Shown in pieces: positions 1 to 12,755 of a DNA stretch of 64,000 nt. The stretch's first letter is position 1. Every line of letters begins with the position of its first letter. The translations under genes and the position numbers were made by a program. The stretch is from NCBI GenBank assembly GCA_964270895.1, contig OZ185440.1; one strand, written 5' to 3'. Source of the stretch: Podarcis filfolensis (taxonomy: Eukaryota). Under the pieces are notes generated by a model that was not told the DNA's origin, searched no databases, and saw nothing but the letters and a program-made list of their open reading frames with translations.

Positions 1-114
1 CCTAAGGCCGCTCCCACTGATATTAGACTCAAAGTTGTAAACAGCACAGCAATCAGCCTGCAATGGAGTAGAGTGTACCCGGAAACCGTCCAGGGACAAC
101 TTAAGGAATACAGA
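1..114 (+). CDS. NFASC: NFASC exon, first half of FNIII domain 3 (NF155-type); the exon starts before the window
   Basis: Frame 1 reads PKAAPTDIRLKVVNSTAISLQWSRVYPETVQGQLKEYR, then a GTGAGC donor at 115 (phase 0). It matches the neurofascin FNIII-3 sequence as I recall it (RAAPTEVKVRVMNSTAISLQWNRVYSDTVQGQLREYR). Confidence 0.95.
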
Positions 115-141
115 GTGAGCAAAACCCAAACCCAATCACAT

Positions 142-167
142 TAATGTGGCTAACACCCAACACTAAT
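142..167 (+). promoter_or_regulatory. Candidate QKI response element (TAAT/TAAC half-sites plus ACTAAT core) just downstream of the first NF155 exon
   Basis: TAAT at 142-145, TAAC at 151-154 and ACTAAT at 162-167 fit the bipartite NACUAAY/UAAY consensus. Confidence 0.7.
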
Positions 168-1788
168 GATGACTGATGGTTACATTGTCTTTTACACAAT
201 GGAGATGACATGAAACAGCCAGAAATTGCTAAAATGGCATTGAAGACTATTATTATGTAGACAATAAGTATTTGCAGTTGTGTTGGTGGGCGGGTGATAA
301 AGTACAGGTGTAAGGGCATTGCTGAGATACAGAAACCAAAATATTATTACCAGTTGTATATATCCTCTCCACCCACTTCAAAGAGTTTAGACAAGGAGAC
401 TAGCCTTTTCCTTGAAATTTAAGCAGTTTTAAATTAGTGTGCCAATTGTGGTTTCCTCCAAGAATCCACCAAAAAAATAATTCTGTGATTTGTTTTGAAG
501 GGTTGCTTGGGAGGGGGGGTAGGGCTGGGGGAATGAGGAAGGGAGACCAGAGAGACAAAGCATTTTTTTTAATTGCTCTTTTTCAATAGGGAATCCAATC
601 CAAGTTCGATTTTAGCAATTCTTCATCCCCTATTTTGAAGAAAGCCTGTTTTGATCTTTTGAATGTTAATTGGCTTCTTCCTGATTCAAAATCATGAGTT
701 TGTACTTAGCCTTGAATTGAAAGCAAAAAAAAGTCTTCATTTCAAACATTATGTGCAAAAATAAATTTGATCTTTGCGTTTATTACAATTTAGATTCTCC
801 ATTCTTATGGACTGGCACATTTTTTTAACCTGTTCTATTTCATGTTCTAAAGTTGTGCTATTGAGAGATATTTTTCTACCATTTGGAAGTCAAAAATATG
901 CGTCCCATAAGCATTAGAAGCCATGTAACATTCTGATCATGCATAGGGCAACACATCAAGTACCTTCCTAACCAATCATATCCAAAGTACACACTATACA
1001 TTCTAGACATCTCTAGGGAACTTCTAGACCAGGTGTTCACTGAGCATTCATGCTGATATGTTTGTATGGAGGTTCTACAAGGTTGCTGGATAGAGGCTGT
1101 TACTCCATACTTTCTAGAACACTTGTCAATTACTTTTCTTTTTCAGTGAGTAAAGTAACAGAGTAATTGTACTAGAAAGTGTGAGATAACATATATATTT
1201 TTTCTGAATGAACAGCCTGTCTGGAAGCACCCCTAGTTGTGAACATCCAGTTATTGCGCAGTCAGTTAGAAACAGAGAGTTCCAAGTAGCTGCTATCTTA
1301 TGAGGTCTTTCTGCTTACAAAACAAAACCAACAAACTGTTTTTAATGTGGTTAAGAAAATCAGCTCCTAGAGCAGTTTCCCCTGACTTCTGTGTCATCCC
1401 CAGTGTGTATTTAGCATGTCATTAATCAATACACTAAAGTTCTGTTTCGGCCTAGTCAGAATTCAAGGATTGTGCTCAGGGATAATAAAAAATGTCTCCA
1501 GAAAGCCAAACATGTTCTGTCCTGAAGTTCATGTTTTTTTCTCTCTCTGTTTTCTGTCTTACCAAACAGAAAGCAAGCAAAAATTCACACAAATCAGCAG
1601 CGAAATACTTTCTTTCAAAATTGAGTTATATCACTGCCCTGGGATCTTTGGATAAGGGGTGGGATATAAATCTAATAAATAAAATAAGTAATAAAATATA
1701 TTTGAAGCATTTGCACATTTCTCAGCTCTGAGAATTTTCATTCATAGGGTATATTTTGTTTTATTTCTGCCTCTGTACTGGAGTCTGG

Positions 1789-1789
<1 letters not shown>

Positions 1790-1825
<36 letters not shown>

Positions 1826-1898
1826 CATGAGTGATTCTTGACAAATTAAAATTTCATCCTACTACTACTACTACTGCTAATAATAATAATAATAATAA
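1790..1898. repeat. (TA)n microsatellite (1790-1822) and a compound (CTA)n(TAA)n repeat (about 1858-1898)
   Basis: Seen directly. Confidence 0.95.
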
Positions 1899-1994
1899 TC
1901 AGTGAGAGATGAGGGAAGACTGCAGTTTGAAGCCTAGAAGCCTGCTCTTTGCTGAGGGGGCAGTTCTTTGATAGCCACTGCATAATCTGCCTAA

Positions 1995-2120
1995 ATGGTC
2001 TTGACCAAGAGTCAGCTTCCATATGTCTCAGTCTCCCCATCTGTAAAATGAGCAATAAACAGTATTGACTTCCTCGTCTCCTGTGGAATGGTTGGTGAGA
2101 TCGAACTAATCCTTGTGTGG
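1995..2120 (+). mobile_element. Ancient MIR/CORE-SINE remnant
   Basis: CTCAGTCTCCCCATCTGTAAAATGAGCAATAA resembles the MIR core CTCAGTTTCCTCATCTGTAAAATGGGGATAATA. Confidence 0.55.
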
Positions 2121-2205
2121 AAGAAGATCCATAGTGACTTTGTCCTTGAAATCCAGTTAACACTCAAATGGGGAAAACATCACTCACCTTGCATGTTTCT
2201 TGAAG

Positions 2206-2410
2206 GCCTACTTCTGGAGAGAAAGTAGTTTGCTGAAGAATCTATGGGTCTCTAAGAAAAAGCAGTCTATGGGTTTTACTGGAGACCGGACACGGGGCAT
2301 AGTGTCCCGACTGTTTCCTTACAGCAACTACAAACTGGAGATGGTTGTAGTCAACGGGAGAGGAGATGGGCCTCGAAGTGAAACTCTGGAGTTCACAATG
2401 CCTGAAGGAG
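2206..2410 (+). CDS. NFASC: NFASC exon, second half of FNIII domain 3 (NF155-type, contains RGD)
   Basis: Acceptor ...TTCTTGAAG at 2205 and donor GTAGGT at 2411. It reads AYFWRESSLLKNLWVSKKKQSMGFTGDRTRGIVSRLFPYSNYKLEMVVVNGRGDGPRSETLEFTMPEG. 205 nt, phase 0 to phase 1. Confidence 0.96.
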
Positions 2411-3423
2411 GTAGGTCTCTGCATAATATTGGCCCAGCTTGGCAGAATCCCATCCTTTTATGTGTGAAATAAGAAAGTAGAACAGAACACGGTCTTATTG
2501 AGAGCCTTAGAGTTCCTTAGGTTCTATGTCATCAGTCCTGATAAAGACTTCAAAAAGGATTTTCCACTTGAAATGAATAGTTAGGCTGGCTTCAGCTGCC
2601 AGATTACTGTGTGCTCCTGCAGTGTGGAGCAAGGCAAAAGTCAACACAGTGAAGCCCTAAGGACTGAGGCTGTTCTGATTCATGGGATTGTTTTTTACCA
2701 GCTTCAGACTCACAATACATAATAGATTATGATAGACAAATGAATGCACAAGGAAACTAACTGAAATTGGTGAGTTAGGCAGAGCACGATGCACTGACTT
2801 TTGACACCAGGTTTTACTTCTAGCTCTACTGTTTGTCCTCTTAAGCATTCTCAGACAAGTCTCTCTTAGCTTTATTCTGTAAAATTGGAACAGTCATGAG
2901 ATCCATTGCCGCACGTGGCAGTATGATCTATGGAAGGGTTTTATGTTGCAATTACTACCTAACTCTACAAATTCCATCTGATTCTTAACATACTCAAGGA
3001 TAGATTTTATGGTAGAATTGAGAGTACTGCCTGTATTTGCTTTCACAGCTAGATCAATAGCTTTTCATCAGTTCTCATAACTAGCAGTGAAAGCTTCTTT
3101 AATGTTTACAGTTGCCATCTCATATCACTCTAATGGACCGTGCTTTGACTGATAAGCACCAGCGCCTTTATAATTCTAGAGATACTTAAAACCACAGAAT
3201 TGCACACCAGACAGATATCTTTGTTCCTGAAGATTCTTCCAAGAATTCATTCCAGTTGTAATTTTTAGAAAATGAAATCCTGGGGTTCCCCCCCCCCAGC
3301 TGTTGCTGGTTTTGGTAACTGGATTGAATGAAATCTGCTTTCTGCCTTGCTAGTGAGCCAAATTGTGCATGTATATGTATCACACAGAAGCTTGAACTTG
3401 GGTCCACTGCTTGAGTGCACTTA

Positions 3424-3774
3424 AAAGATAAAGGGACCCCTGACCATTAGGTCCAGTCATGACCGACTCTGGGGTTGCAGCGTTCAGCTCGCTTTATTGG
3501 CCGAGGGAGCCGGCGTACAGCTTCCAGGTCATGTGGCCAGCATGACTAAGCCACTTCTGGTGAACCAGAGCAGCGCACGGAAACGCCGTTTGCCTTCCCG
3601 CCGGAGTGGTACCTATTTATGTACTTGCACTTTGGCATGCTTTTGAACTGCTAGGTTGGCAGGAGCAGGGACCGAGCAACGGGAGCTCACCCCGTTGCAG
3701 GGATTCAAACCGCCGACCTTCTGATCGGCAAGTCCTAGGCTCTGTGGTTTAACCCACAGCGCCAACCACATCCC
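3424..3774 (-). mobile_element. Sauria SINE (Squam1-type), near full length
   Basis: It begins ...AAAGGGACCCCTGACCATTAGGTCCAGTC and ends ...GTGGTTTAACCCACAGCGCCA...CCC. This is the reverse complement of a tRNA-derived head with an ACCTTT-type tail, and it is collinear with the copy at 23134. Confidence 0.9.
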
Positions 3775-4850
3775 ATACTTACCTACTTGCTAAATGATCT
3801 TTTGCTATGCATAGAATTATACTGGTAAGCCCTGGAAGTTTCAGCATAAAACTCTGACCAGCTGCATATTGGAAAGGCATTTAAAAAATCCATTCCATTT
3901 CATTGTGATGCAGGGAGGTGAGAGCCCTGCATCCATCGGGTCAGTCAGCATTTCCACACATATGTGGATCTCATCCAGGCAGCAGGCAAAGGAGGATTAA
4001 AAACATCTGTAGGAAAAGACCAAACACCCACACAAAGAAACAGCTTCTGTTTGACTGAGTTCCTAATGCATTTTGAGCAAATCTCCTTTATCAAGGAAAT
4101 TTCCTTCCAAGCAGTCTTTTTAAGAAGCATGGATGGAAACTACCTTTATAAAAGCAATTTTCTTGACATCATTTGTGAAGCTGTCTTTTTTTTTACTCTC
4201 TGACCCATATACCTGCCCGTAAAGGCATACTGCAGTACTCTGCTTGCGAGCCCCCACTCCTCGACTCTCACATCAACATCAATAGGACTTAGATGGCCTT
4301 GGCTTTGGTTGCATGAAGCATCATGGATAAAATGTGGCTCCTGTTGCTCAAAGTTGAGTGTTGTGATTTGTGCTCAGATAAGCCTTGTGTGCTTTGAGCA
4401 TAGGAAACAGAGCTGGTTATGGTGAGGGACTTTAGCTGTGATGAAAGCAAATGGGCCAAGAAGGCACCATCCCAAAGAGATAGAATGATGAAATCCACTT
4501 ACATATTAGGTTATCTGTACAGTTCCAGGCAAGGGTAAGAACTAGGTTTTTAATTATATGAAAACTGCATCTGGCAATAGACAAGCTCATAGGAGTGGCT
4601 TAGCCCACAGAAGGAAGCATCAGTGACTAAATTTGCACAACTATGAAACAGTAGGATAGGTTCCTGTTAATGGAGGTATGATTGTGTTGCACTGAAACTG
4701 CATCTTATATAGCTCCTACCAAGATCTTCATGCCACCAGACTCAAACTTTTCTATATGCATACTCTTGACCAGTCTGCCTTCTAAGTTACCTTACCTTAT
4801 ACGTCTTTTTCCTCTTCCCTTTTCTCTCTCGGACCCATCTTTCCCTGAAG

Positions 4851-4973
4851 CACCCAGTCCCCCAAGGTATTTCCGAATCCGCCAACCAAATCTGGAAACC
4901 ATCACTATGGAATGGGAACACCCTGAACACCCCAATGGCATTCTTATTGGATACACCCTTAGATACCAAGCCT
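4851..4973 (+). CDS. NFASC: NFASC exon, first half of FNIII domain 4
   Basis: Polypyrimidine tract plus CCTGAAG acceptor; donor GTATGT at 4974. It reads (A)[40 protein letters not shown]. 123 nt, phase 1-1. Confidence 0.96.
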
Positions 4974-5701
4974 GTATGTCCTGTGCTTGTTTTTGTTTGT
5001 TGTCTCTTTATTAACCAGGATTTAGAATCTAATTTATCTGGAATTAGAAAAAAACAATACTAATAAATCAGTGGAGGGGAAATCAGGAATTCAGGAATTG
5101 GAATTTTTTTGGGAGTTGAATTGCATATCTTAGTTCAGGAGGATTCCATAGGGATCACTAACAGGCTAATTTCCAGATACATGTGACAAATTATCTTACT
5201 GATCATTTTGATTCTTTAGTTAAATGTTATTTACATAAGAAGATATTTCCAAGAATATGGCCAGTGCCCCCTGAAAATGTACCTCCTTCCCACCCCTTGA
5301 TAGAATTTGAACAAGCATGCATCTAACTTCCTAAAATCTCCTGCCCCTAACTGTTAGGAAATGCATGAACAATGTAATTTTTGCTCAAATAATTAGAGCA
5401 AAAGCTCTCCACCATAACAAATCCCTGACTTGAAAGCCCCTGCAAAACTAACATAGTGTATTATCTTTGGCCTACATGGGAGCTAAAAGTTTAATTAGCT
5501 TAATTAAAGTTCTTCCTTCTTGAATGCATAACATTCCCCAGCCGTTTTTGCTTAAAAGTCCTCTAAAATGAACATGCCCCATTTTAAACAAAGCCAGTGC
5601 TTTTGTCAGGTGTAATCCTAGTCTAAGAAGTGGTGAGATGCATAGCATAGCATGTTTCTCAAAACAAGACTGAAGCCTACACAGCCTGCCTCTCTCTCCA
5701 G

Positions 5702-5875
5702 TTAATGGATCCAAAAGTGGCAGAACAGTGGTGGAAAACTTCTCTCCTAATCAGACAAAGTTTATACTCCAGAGGACGGACCCCATATCACGCTATAGAT
5801 TCAACCTGCGTGGCAGGACACAGATTGGGGAAGGTGAGCCTGCCACGGGGGAGTCACCACTTCCACTGAATGAAG
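5702..5875 (+). CDS. NFASC: NFASC exon, second half of FNIII domain 4
   Basis: Acceptor CTCTCTCCAG and donor GTAAGT at 5876. It reads (F)[57 protein letters not shown]. 174 nt, phase 1-1. It is missing from the ORF track. Confidence 0.96.
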
Positions 5876-7355
5876 GTAAGTGAGAACATGATGCCAGTGT
5901 AACTGGGGTGAGAGAGGTGTGCCCTGCCAAGCTGGACATACAAGCTTCATCCAAGAGTATTTCAAAATCCACACACGCCTCTATAAAAATCAGCCTTTGA
6001 TGTGTGAGGTCTTGGCCTGCTGTAAATTGAGAAAGAATCATTTGCATCCTCTTAAATATGCCCCCTCCCTGTCCCACAAAAGTAGCTCTCTTAATCATGT
6101 CCCATTGCCATATAAAATCCTTATCAAAACTACTTGTGAAGTTCCATGTAGCTCTATGTGGGAGTTCTAAATTGTGCGATTAACATTGTGTGGAGTAGGA
6201 GAGCACCCATTGGCTCCACTGCAGTTGTTGCTTCCCCTGCCAGTACTGACGACACATCAGGGGAAGATCTGAGAAATGTAGGCTTTCCACTGGATTCAGA
6301 AGACATCTCCACATGACGTTAGTCACATGATTTAGAATGTCCACACAACAGCTTTTGGAGTGACATTGATGCTGGGGGTGACAGGACGTACAGCCACCTG
6401 GAGTTTTTAACGATCAAGTCGAGTATAAATTTTATGAAATAAATAAGTACAAGTGCCTCATGCTGCCTGTCCTTTGCATCTCTGCCTCATGTGAAACATT
6501 TCAAGTCTTCATTTCTTTCCCCAGACCTTAGCCTGTCCCTGTACTGTAGGCATACTCTCTTTTTTCAAAAGGTGCAAGATAACATTGGTAAAAGATTCCA
6601 CGTCATTTCCTGCTGCTTCTCCTTTGTGAAATGATTTACCATAAATTATTTCTCCTGCTATGTGAGAATACAGATTTCCCTACTATAAAAGACATTTTAA
6701 AAGGATTGTGTGTTTCAAAGGAGCAGCTGATAACAAAAATTGCAAAGCAGCTTTTATGCAAAACCTCTCGATTTTATTCTGTAGTCAGCTTTCCTTTAAG
6801 CTTCTATTAAGTACTTTTTTCAGTGCAAATACTGGAAGAATGAGCTTTTAATAACCTTTGTTGTTCATCAAATGTATTCAAATGATTTGAATGTGTTTCC
6901 TTTTTACCCCAGCCACATTTTTAAATAGCAGTGCTGTCCTATGTATTAACGTTTCCATTGTGTTTTATTGGTGTTAAATTCAGTATTTATATTCAAGAAT
7001 GATGGATTTAGCTGTATTATTTTTAAATAATGAGTGCGTTGCAGAAAAGCAGTTCAGGGGTATCATATATATCCTGCATTGTTTTTCAAAATAGTTAGTT
7101 GCATCATTTGGGTCTAAAAGATATCTTTATCCAGCAGGTTGTTTGAAGGTACCAATGGCTAAGCATCACTCTTGGCATACAGTTGCTAATTTTAGACAGG
7201 GTGGATTGATTTAAACCAAGGTGATTCAAATTATTTAAATAAGCAAGGAAAAGGCTGTCATTGAATCAAGTTTCCCATTTATATTTCATCTCATATTTCC
7301 TAAAGCGTGATGCAGATCTGGCCAGTAGACCGTGTTCATTTACAACTAGTTAAAG

Positions 7356-7487
7356 CAGGAATAGGGGAAATGTACCCCTCTGGATGTTAGACTCCAGCTC
7401 CCATCATCCCTGACCATTGGCTATACCAGCTGGGGCTGATGGGAGTTGGAGTCCACCAATGTTTGGAGAACAACTTCCCCATATCTG
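7356..7487. mobile_element. Palindromic hAT (Charlie-like) MITE
   Basis: CAGG...CTG ends, with internal inverted arms ACTCCAGCTCCCATCA / TGATGGGAGTTGGAGT. Confidence 0.65.
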
Positions 7488-10400
7488 AAACAGAGCATGA
7501 ATTATACTATTGTTTCAGTGTTGCAACCAGGCCTTGCCTCCCATAGTCAAACAATATGCATTTTGCATGTTTTTATTTTCTTTTACCAATAGAAAGAATA
7601 TCTTTAAAATATTTCCGTATAGATTCTTTCTGAATCTATGCAGATGACAGTTTGCAAGGTTAACAGCACAATCCTGCATGTTTACTTAGAAGCAAGTAGC
7701 CTTGACTTCAAAGGGGCTTTCTCCAAGTAAATGTGTTTATGGCTGTATCCTAAGGATAGAAATGTAGGAACCTTCATACCCGTACAATGTGGACTTCAGT
7801 TCTTCTTTCCAGTATTGCTCCTTTCTGCTTCACTTGGCCCAGCCGCACCCTCACAGGGCAGTGGGAGGGGGGAGTAGCAAACAAAAATGAAGTGCTTATG
7901 GCTGATAGATCAAAGCAGGACTCATTGTTATTGGGCAGACTAAAGCAGTTTATTTTTATCTGGTGAAGATAAAGTGCCTATGTTTGGTAGGTGGAGTGTA
8001 AATCTTCATTAGTGAGAAACGATCAGCTTGGTTTTTCATTTACATATAAAAGCCATCCTTATCGGGTAGAAGACATGCGGTTAGAGATTGACTGTAGAGT
8101 TAACACACCACTGTAACTATGAGTTTGCAAAAAAAGAGAGAGAGAACCTCAATAGGCTCTTTGGGTTTGGCAAAGGAGATGTACAGTAGTTCTTCCACCA
8201 TTGGCCATCCCACTCACTTGCCTGCATGGAATTCCTTGTTGCCTAGAGTAACCAGGCTAGTTGATAAATTCAAGGGTGGACAAGCATGCCTGTAGCCTCA
8301 TTACTTAATGTCAAACTAGATGATTATGAGAAACTTAGTATTTATAACTTAGTTATTTTTCATCTAAATACCTGTGTGTATGGGGTGGTATACCAATTTA
8401 ATAAATAATAATTTAAGTTTTTAGATTTTAAAATTAATCATCATTTTTTTAACCCATTCAAGTTTTTAGGCAATAATAGTAATTCATTCTCTCTGTCTAC
8501 ATCTCTCTCTCTCATTTTCTGATTCTCAAATATATGTTTGTGACATGATTTTATCCAATATTAACAGGTTTCAAAGTTGACTAACATGCCAGTAACTGTT
8601 TGTGTTTGGCACTGCTGGGTCTTTTGCAAAGTAGATTGCTTTACTTGAGGTTTATTTTTACCTTTAAATGTACTTATTTGTAATAGATTGCCATTCTTTC
8701 AATGCAATAAGAGCTAGACTGTAAATCAGGAAAACAATTGCTTGATAGGCAATCATTTTCACCACCACCACCTTGCTTGCCATAATAATTTCAGATTTTA
8801 AGCAGCTCTCAAGTTTTTATTTTACTGACATTAGTATCCAGCTTCTTGCATGTTGTGTTGATTGGCTCGCTCTGTATCTGCCCACTCACAGGTCCATTAA
8901 GTATAATTTTCTCCCTTTTTTGAAACTTGACATGTTTTTCAGGTTAGGGTATACCAGATTTGCACTAAACAAGTAGAGAAGAACTGGCTTTTGGGCAAGC
9001 AGGCTGTACTTATGCAAGCTTAAAACAACAACTCAAGAGGGCAAAGGGTTTGAACAGAACCCCATGACTCCAACACCACCAACACTCCACATTAGGTCTC
9101 TCCTAGCTTCCAGCCAGGTTCCACACTAACCCCACTCCCAAACTAGGTTCCTTGCCCCTAAAAGCCCCTTGCAGGTTTTATGTCCTTCCTGGCCTTTTCT
9201 AGCCTTTTAGGAAACACCCAGGCCACTTGGGGTCGGTAGGCACACCCCTGGCACCATGGCATCTCCCTTTGCTTACTCCCTTTTCCTTGGCAGTTTCACA
9301 GCAGTAGAATAGAATTATTTCCAGTGGTCTCTGGTTGGAAGATCACCTTTTCTTTTACTAGAACGCATATGAAAACAACCTTACATGATAATGCAGTACT
9401 TTGGTATAGCAGTCGCCATTTTCATCCCAGAAGTCTCGTGGGAATGACACTTTGTCATCACCTACTGTCGTTCCCAGATAGATTCTGGCAGAAGAAAATG
9501 GCTGCCAGCAGCCTGCTGGGAAGAGCTTTGTTTGCTACCTCGGGTAAGTCCCTTATTTTTCTGCCCTTCATGACCCTCTGTCCAGAAGACACCACCTCTC
9601 CTGTTGCACTGCTTACAAAATAAATGCAGTGAGGGGGCCATTTTGTTCAACCAATGATGCTGCTTGATCAAAATACCCATCCATTCTGAGGGAAGCGAAA
9701 AAAGAGAGAGAGAGACTTTTTTTTAAGACTAGCAAAAGTTCTTAGGGGTATTGGACAAGGCTGCCAGTTGGCAATAAAACTCACTGGGTGACTTTGGGCA
9801 GATGCTGCCGGGGCTATGGATACAACAGTTGCTCTGCCATGCAATCTCTTCCCCGCCTCCCCAGGACAGAACTGCGCTGCCCAGAAGACAAGTATTTTTG
9901 CAATGAGATATTAATGTACAATTAAGACTATAATGTAGAAGTTTTTAGAGGATAATCTACAATATGTTCTACAATTATTTCTTTTCATTTATGCTAAGGA
10001 AATAGTACTTTCTAGAGAAAAGGTTTCCTACATGGTAAAAGTCTTTACGGTTGTATGTACCAGGGAATGAAGACCAACAAAATCTCCCAACTGTTGGAGA
10101 GCTATGGGAATGAGTCATGGGAATGTGCTTTGTTTCAACATTAAGCAGTTACATGCATTTGAAAGAAAGAAGACAGAATATGAATACTTTTAATTGAAAT
10201 TGTATATCCTTTGTTAGCTTTCGTAATAATAATCCATTCTTCTGTAAGGCGATCAGCTTGCACAACGTAAGAACTTCTCTGCAACTTGATATACTATTAA
10301 TCAGGCTTAAATACTTCTTATTGATAGGGAAACCTATAAAACAGATGCATCCAATAGCCTCCTGAAAACTGCAAGAAATGAGCCAGAGATGCACAGCCTT

Positions 10401-12755
10401 TCCCATCACTGCTGTAATCAACAAACGACCCTCCGTAGGAAAATGCCACAACTTGCAGACTTGTAATAGGATAAAATACTCTTTGTGAAATATCCGTCAA
10501 GCTAAGTGAAAGTTCAGTAGCCCTCTGGGAAGTGAGTGCAAAACAAAGCTGACTCTTAACATTCTGTAACGTTTCCAGAAAGACCCCCAAATTCAGCTCA
10601 GTCTCTCACATTATTTAATGAGCTGTTGCTTTTTATCTCCTGAATGGCAATATGTGGGAAAAGTATTTCCCTGAATACACATTTTAAAAATGAATCGCTT
10701 CCCATATTTCTATAAGTGGGCAGGTTCCGGGTATGTTATATATAGCACTTGCTGATAATGTTATCAGATATTTCTTCCCATACTGTATTAAGGGGGGGAG
10801 GGGATAATGTTCTGGTTGACAATAGCTAGTGAATGCACTGCAACTTTTGAACTCTGAAGGTGCTTCCCGCACTAAATTTGGATTTTTCTTAGAATTTGCA
10901 AAACTGCTTTGAGGAAGAGTGGAGAATTTAAATAATGGTTCAGAATCTTATTTCTAGACACATTTTTCCTGGATTTGTTGTATAGCAGCTATGCATTTGT
11001 TATGTTGCTGGTAATTTGAATTAGCCCAAGAGCAATCACAGCAGTCTAAAAAGGCTTTCTTGTAACAATTTCTGTAGAAGAAATCTGGGGAGTGGTGAAT
11101 TAGAAATTTTTCCTTCTGATTTGCAGCAAACTGTGGTTTGTCATTTCAACAGAATGTGGCAAACTGTTGCATGCAAACCATTGTTTACAATCAAACTGGG
11201 ATACCAAACCACAGCTAGATTCTCATTTGAGATCCTAGTTTTGTTGTAAATTATGGGTTCCATAAACCATAGCTTGCCACATTTAGAGGAAATGAAAACG
11301 TATGGTTTAGCACAAATTTGAAGTAAAAGCTTCAAATCTGCTCCCCTTGTGTTCAGTGGAGAAAGGAAGGGGAAGGAGGAACAAGCAAGCCTAACACTTG
11401 GCCAATTCACATAATGACAAACCATGAATTGCTGTTATGTCTGAACTGAGGCAATTACTCTATTGCTGATGTTGTTTGCATCACAGTAATCAAGTGCAGT
11501 GTCTCCCAGCATTTGCATTAAAACAATAACTATACACACACACATTCACACTCATATAAAATAAAGATATTCTGAAAAGGTCTGATATACTCAAAACTAC
11601 TTTTTCTTTCTCCCAAACCTTTGCTTATCTTTCCAAGATACCCAAGTATAGTTGCTTTGCCAAAGAGAGCCAGAGCTCTGTAGGCCCTGCAACATTTAAT
11701 GGAACTTACTGACCAGTTTGAACAACAAGGTCATCTTTCATTTTTATGCTGAATTCTACCCATAGCTGTCATGTGTTAAAGTGACAGTGTGCAGACTGCC
11801 ACCAGATGCAGAAGATTCTTCATACTGTGATTGTTGCTGCTTTGTCAGTGTTCAAAGCAGTGTGCGAAACCCCAAACTACATTGACTTCTGCATGTAGTG
11901 TTGGTAATGCAAGACTGCCTCAGTGTATGTGGCAACACAACTGGAATTCAGCAAAGATTTCATAAATACTGTAGTGATTTTGTGGGTCAAGGGAATTGTC
12001 CCTCAGTGGAATCTCATGAGTGAGGTTTTGCAGGATCTTCAAATAAAAGCGGAGATGTGTACCACTCAGATTATTAATGAATGTTGAGCAGTCTCCGTAG
12101 GCAGAACGTTTAGGCCCATCAGACACTCCGCAATACGCAGCTAAGCATTTGGAATTGCACAAAAGCATGTTGCCTAGAGGGAGCCTTGCCAATTTTCTTT
12201 TCTCCTACCGATGCAGGGGAGGCATTTATAAATGGAAATAAAGATCCAAGCCACAGCTTCCATTTCTCGCAGACGTTATTTGAGCCAGGGGATGCGAATG
12301 AAATACAGTATTCCTGTGGTTATTTGCATTGCCTATTGTCTCATCCATCATAAGTGTCTAAGAATCGATAATGAGCTTGCAGCCAAGTTGCAGTAGAATA
12401 GAATTTGTCCTGACATTTAGGGGACTCAAATGGAAGCTGACAGGATGCGAAAGACCCATTTGGTTGAATTTAAAACCACAAACTGCAGAACTTTTGCCCC
12501 AAGAAATGAAGATACAGTGAAGGAAACCAAATCAGCTGTGTCTCCCTGCGTTGGTTTGGATGGTCATTTATGGTAAAGATTGGCTGGGGGTAGCCGTGGA
12601 ATATGGCAGACTAACACACCTTCTCTTTATTACAGCCTCAGCCTGCCATGTTTATGTACCATGTTTGTGCTGTGGTTTTATATATTCCTGTGTTCTCTCT
12701 TTCCCTTCTTTCCTCATGTTCCCCTTCCCTGTGTTTGGCGCTGCACACTCTGAAG

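Noticed and set aside
8990-9290. C-rich segment resembling a solo LTR that could act as an internal promoter for the 9478 exon
   Set aside because: I could not identify TG...CA termini, a TSD or a second copy.
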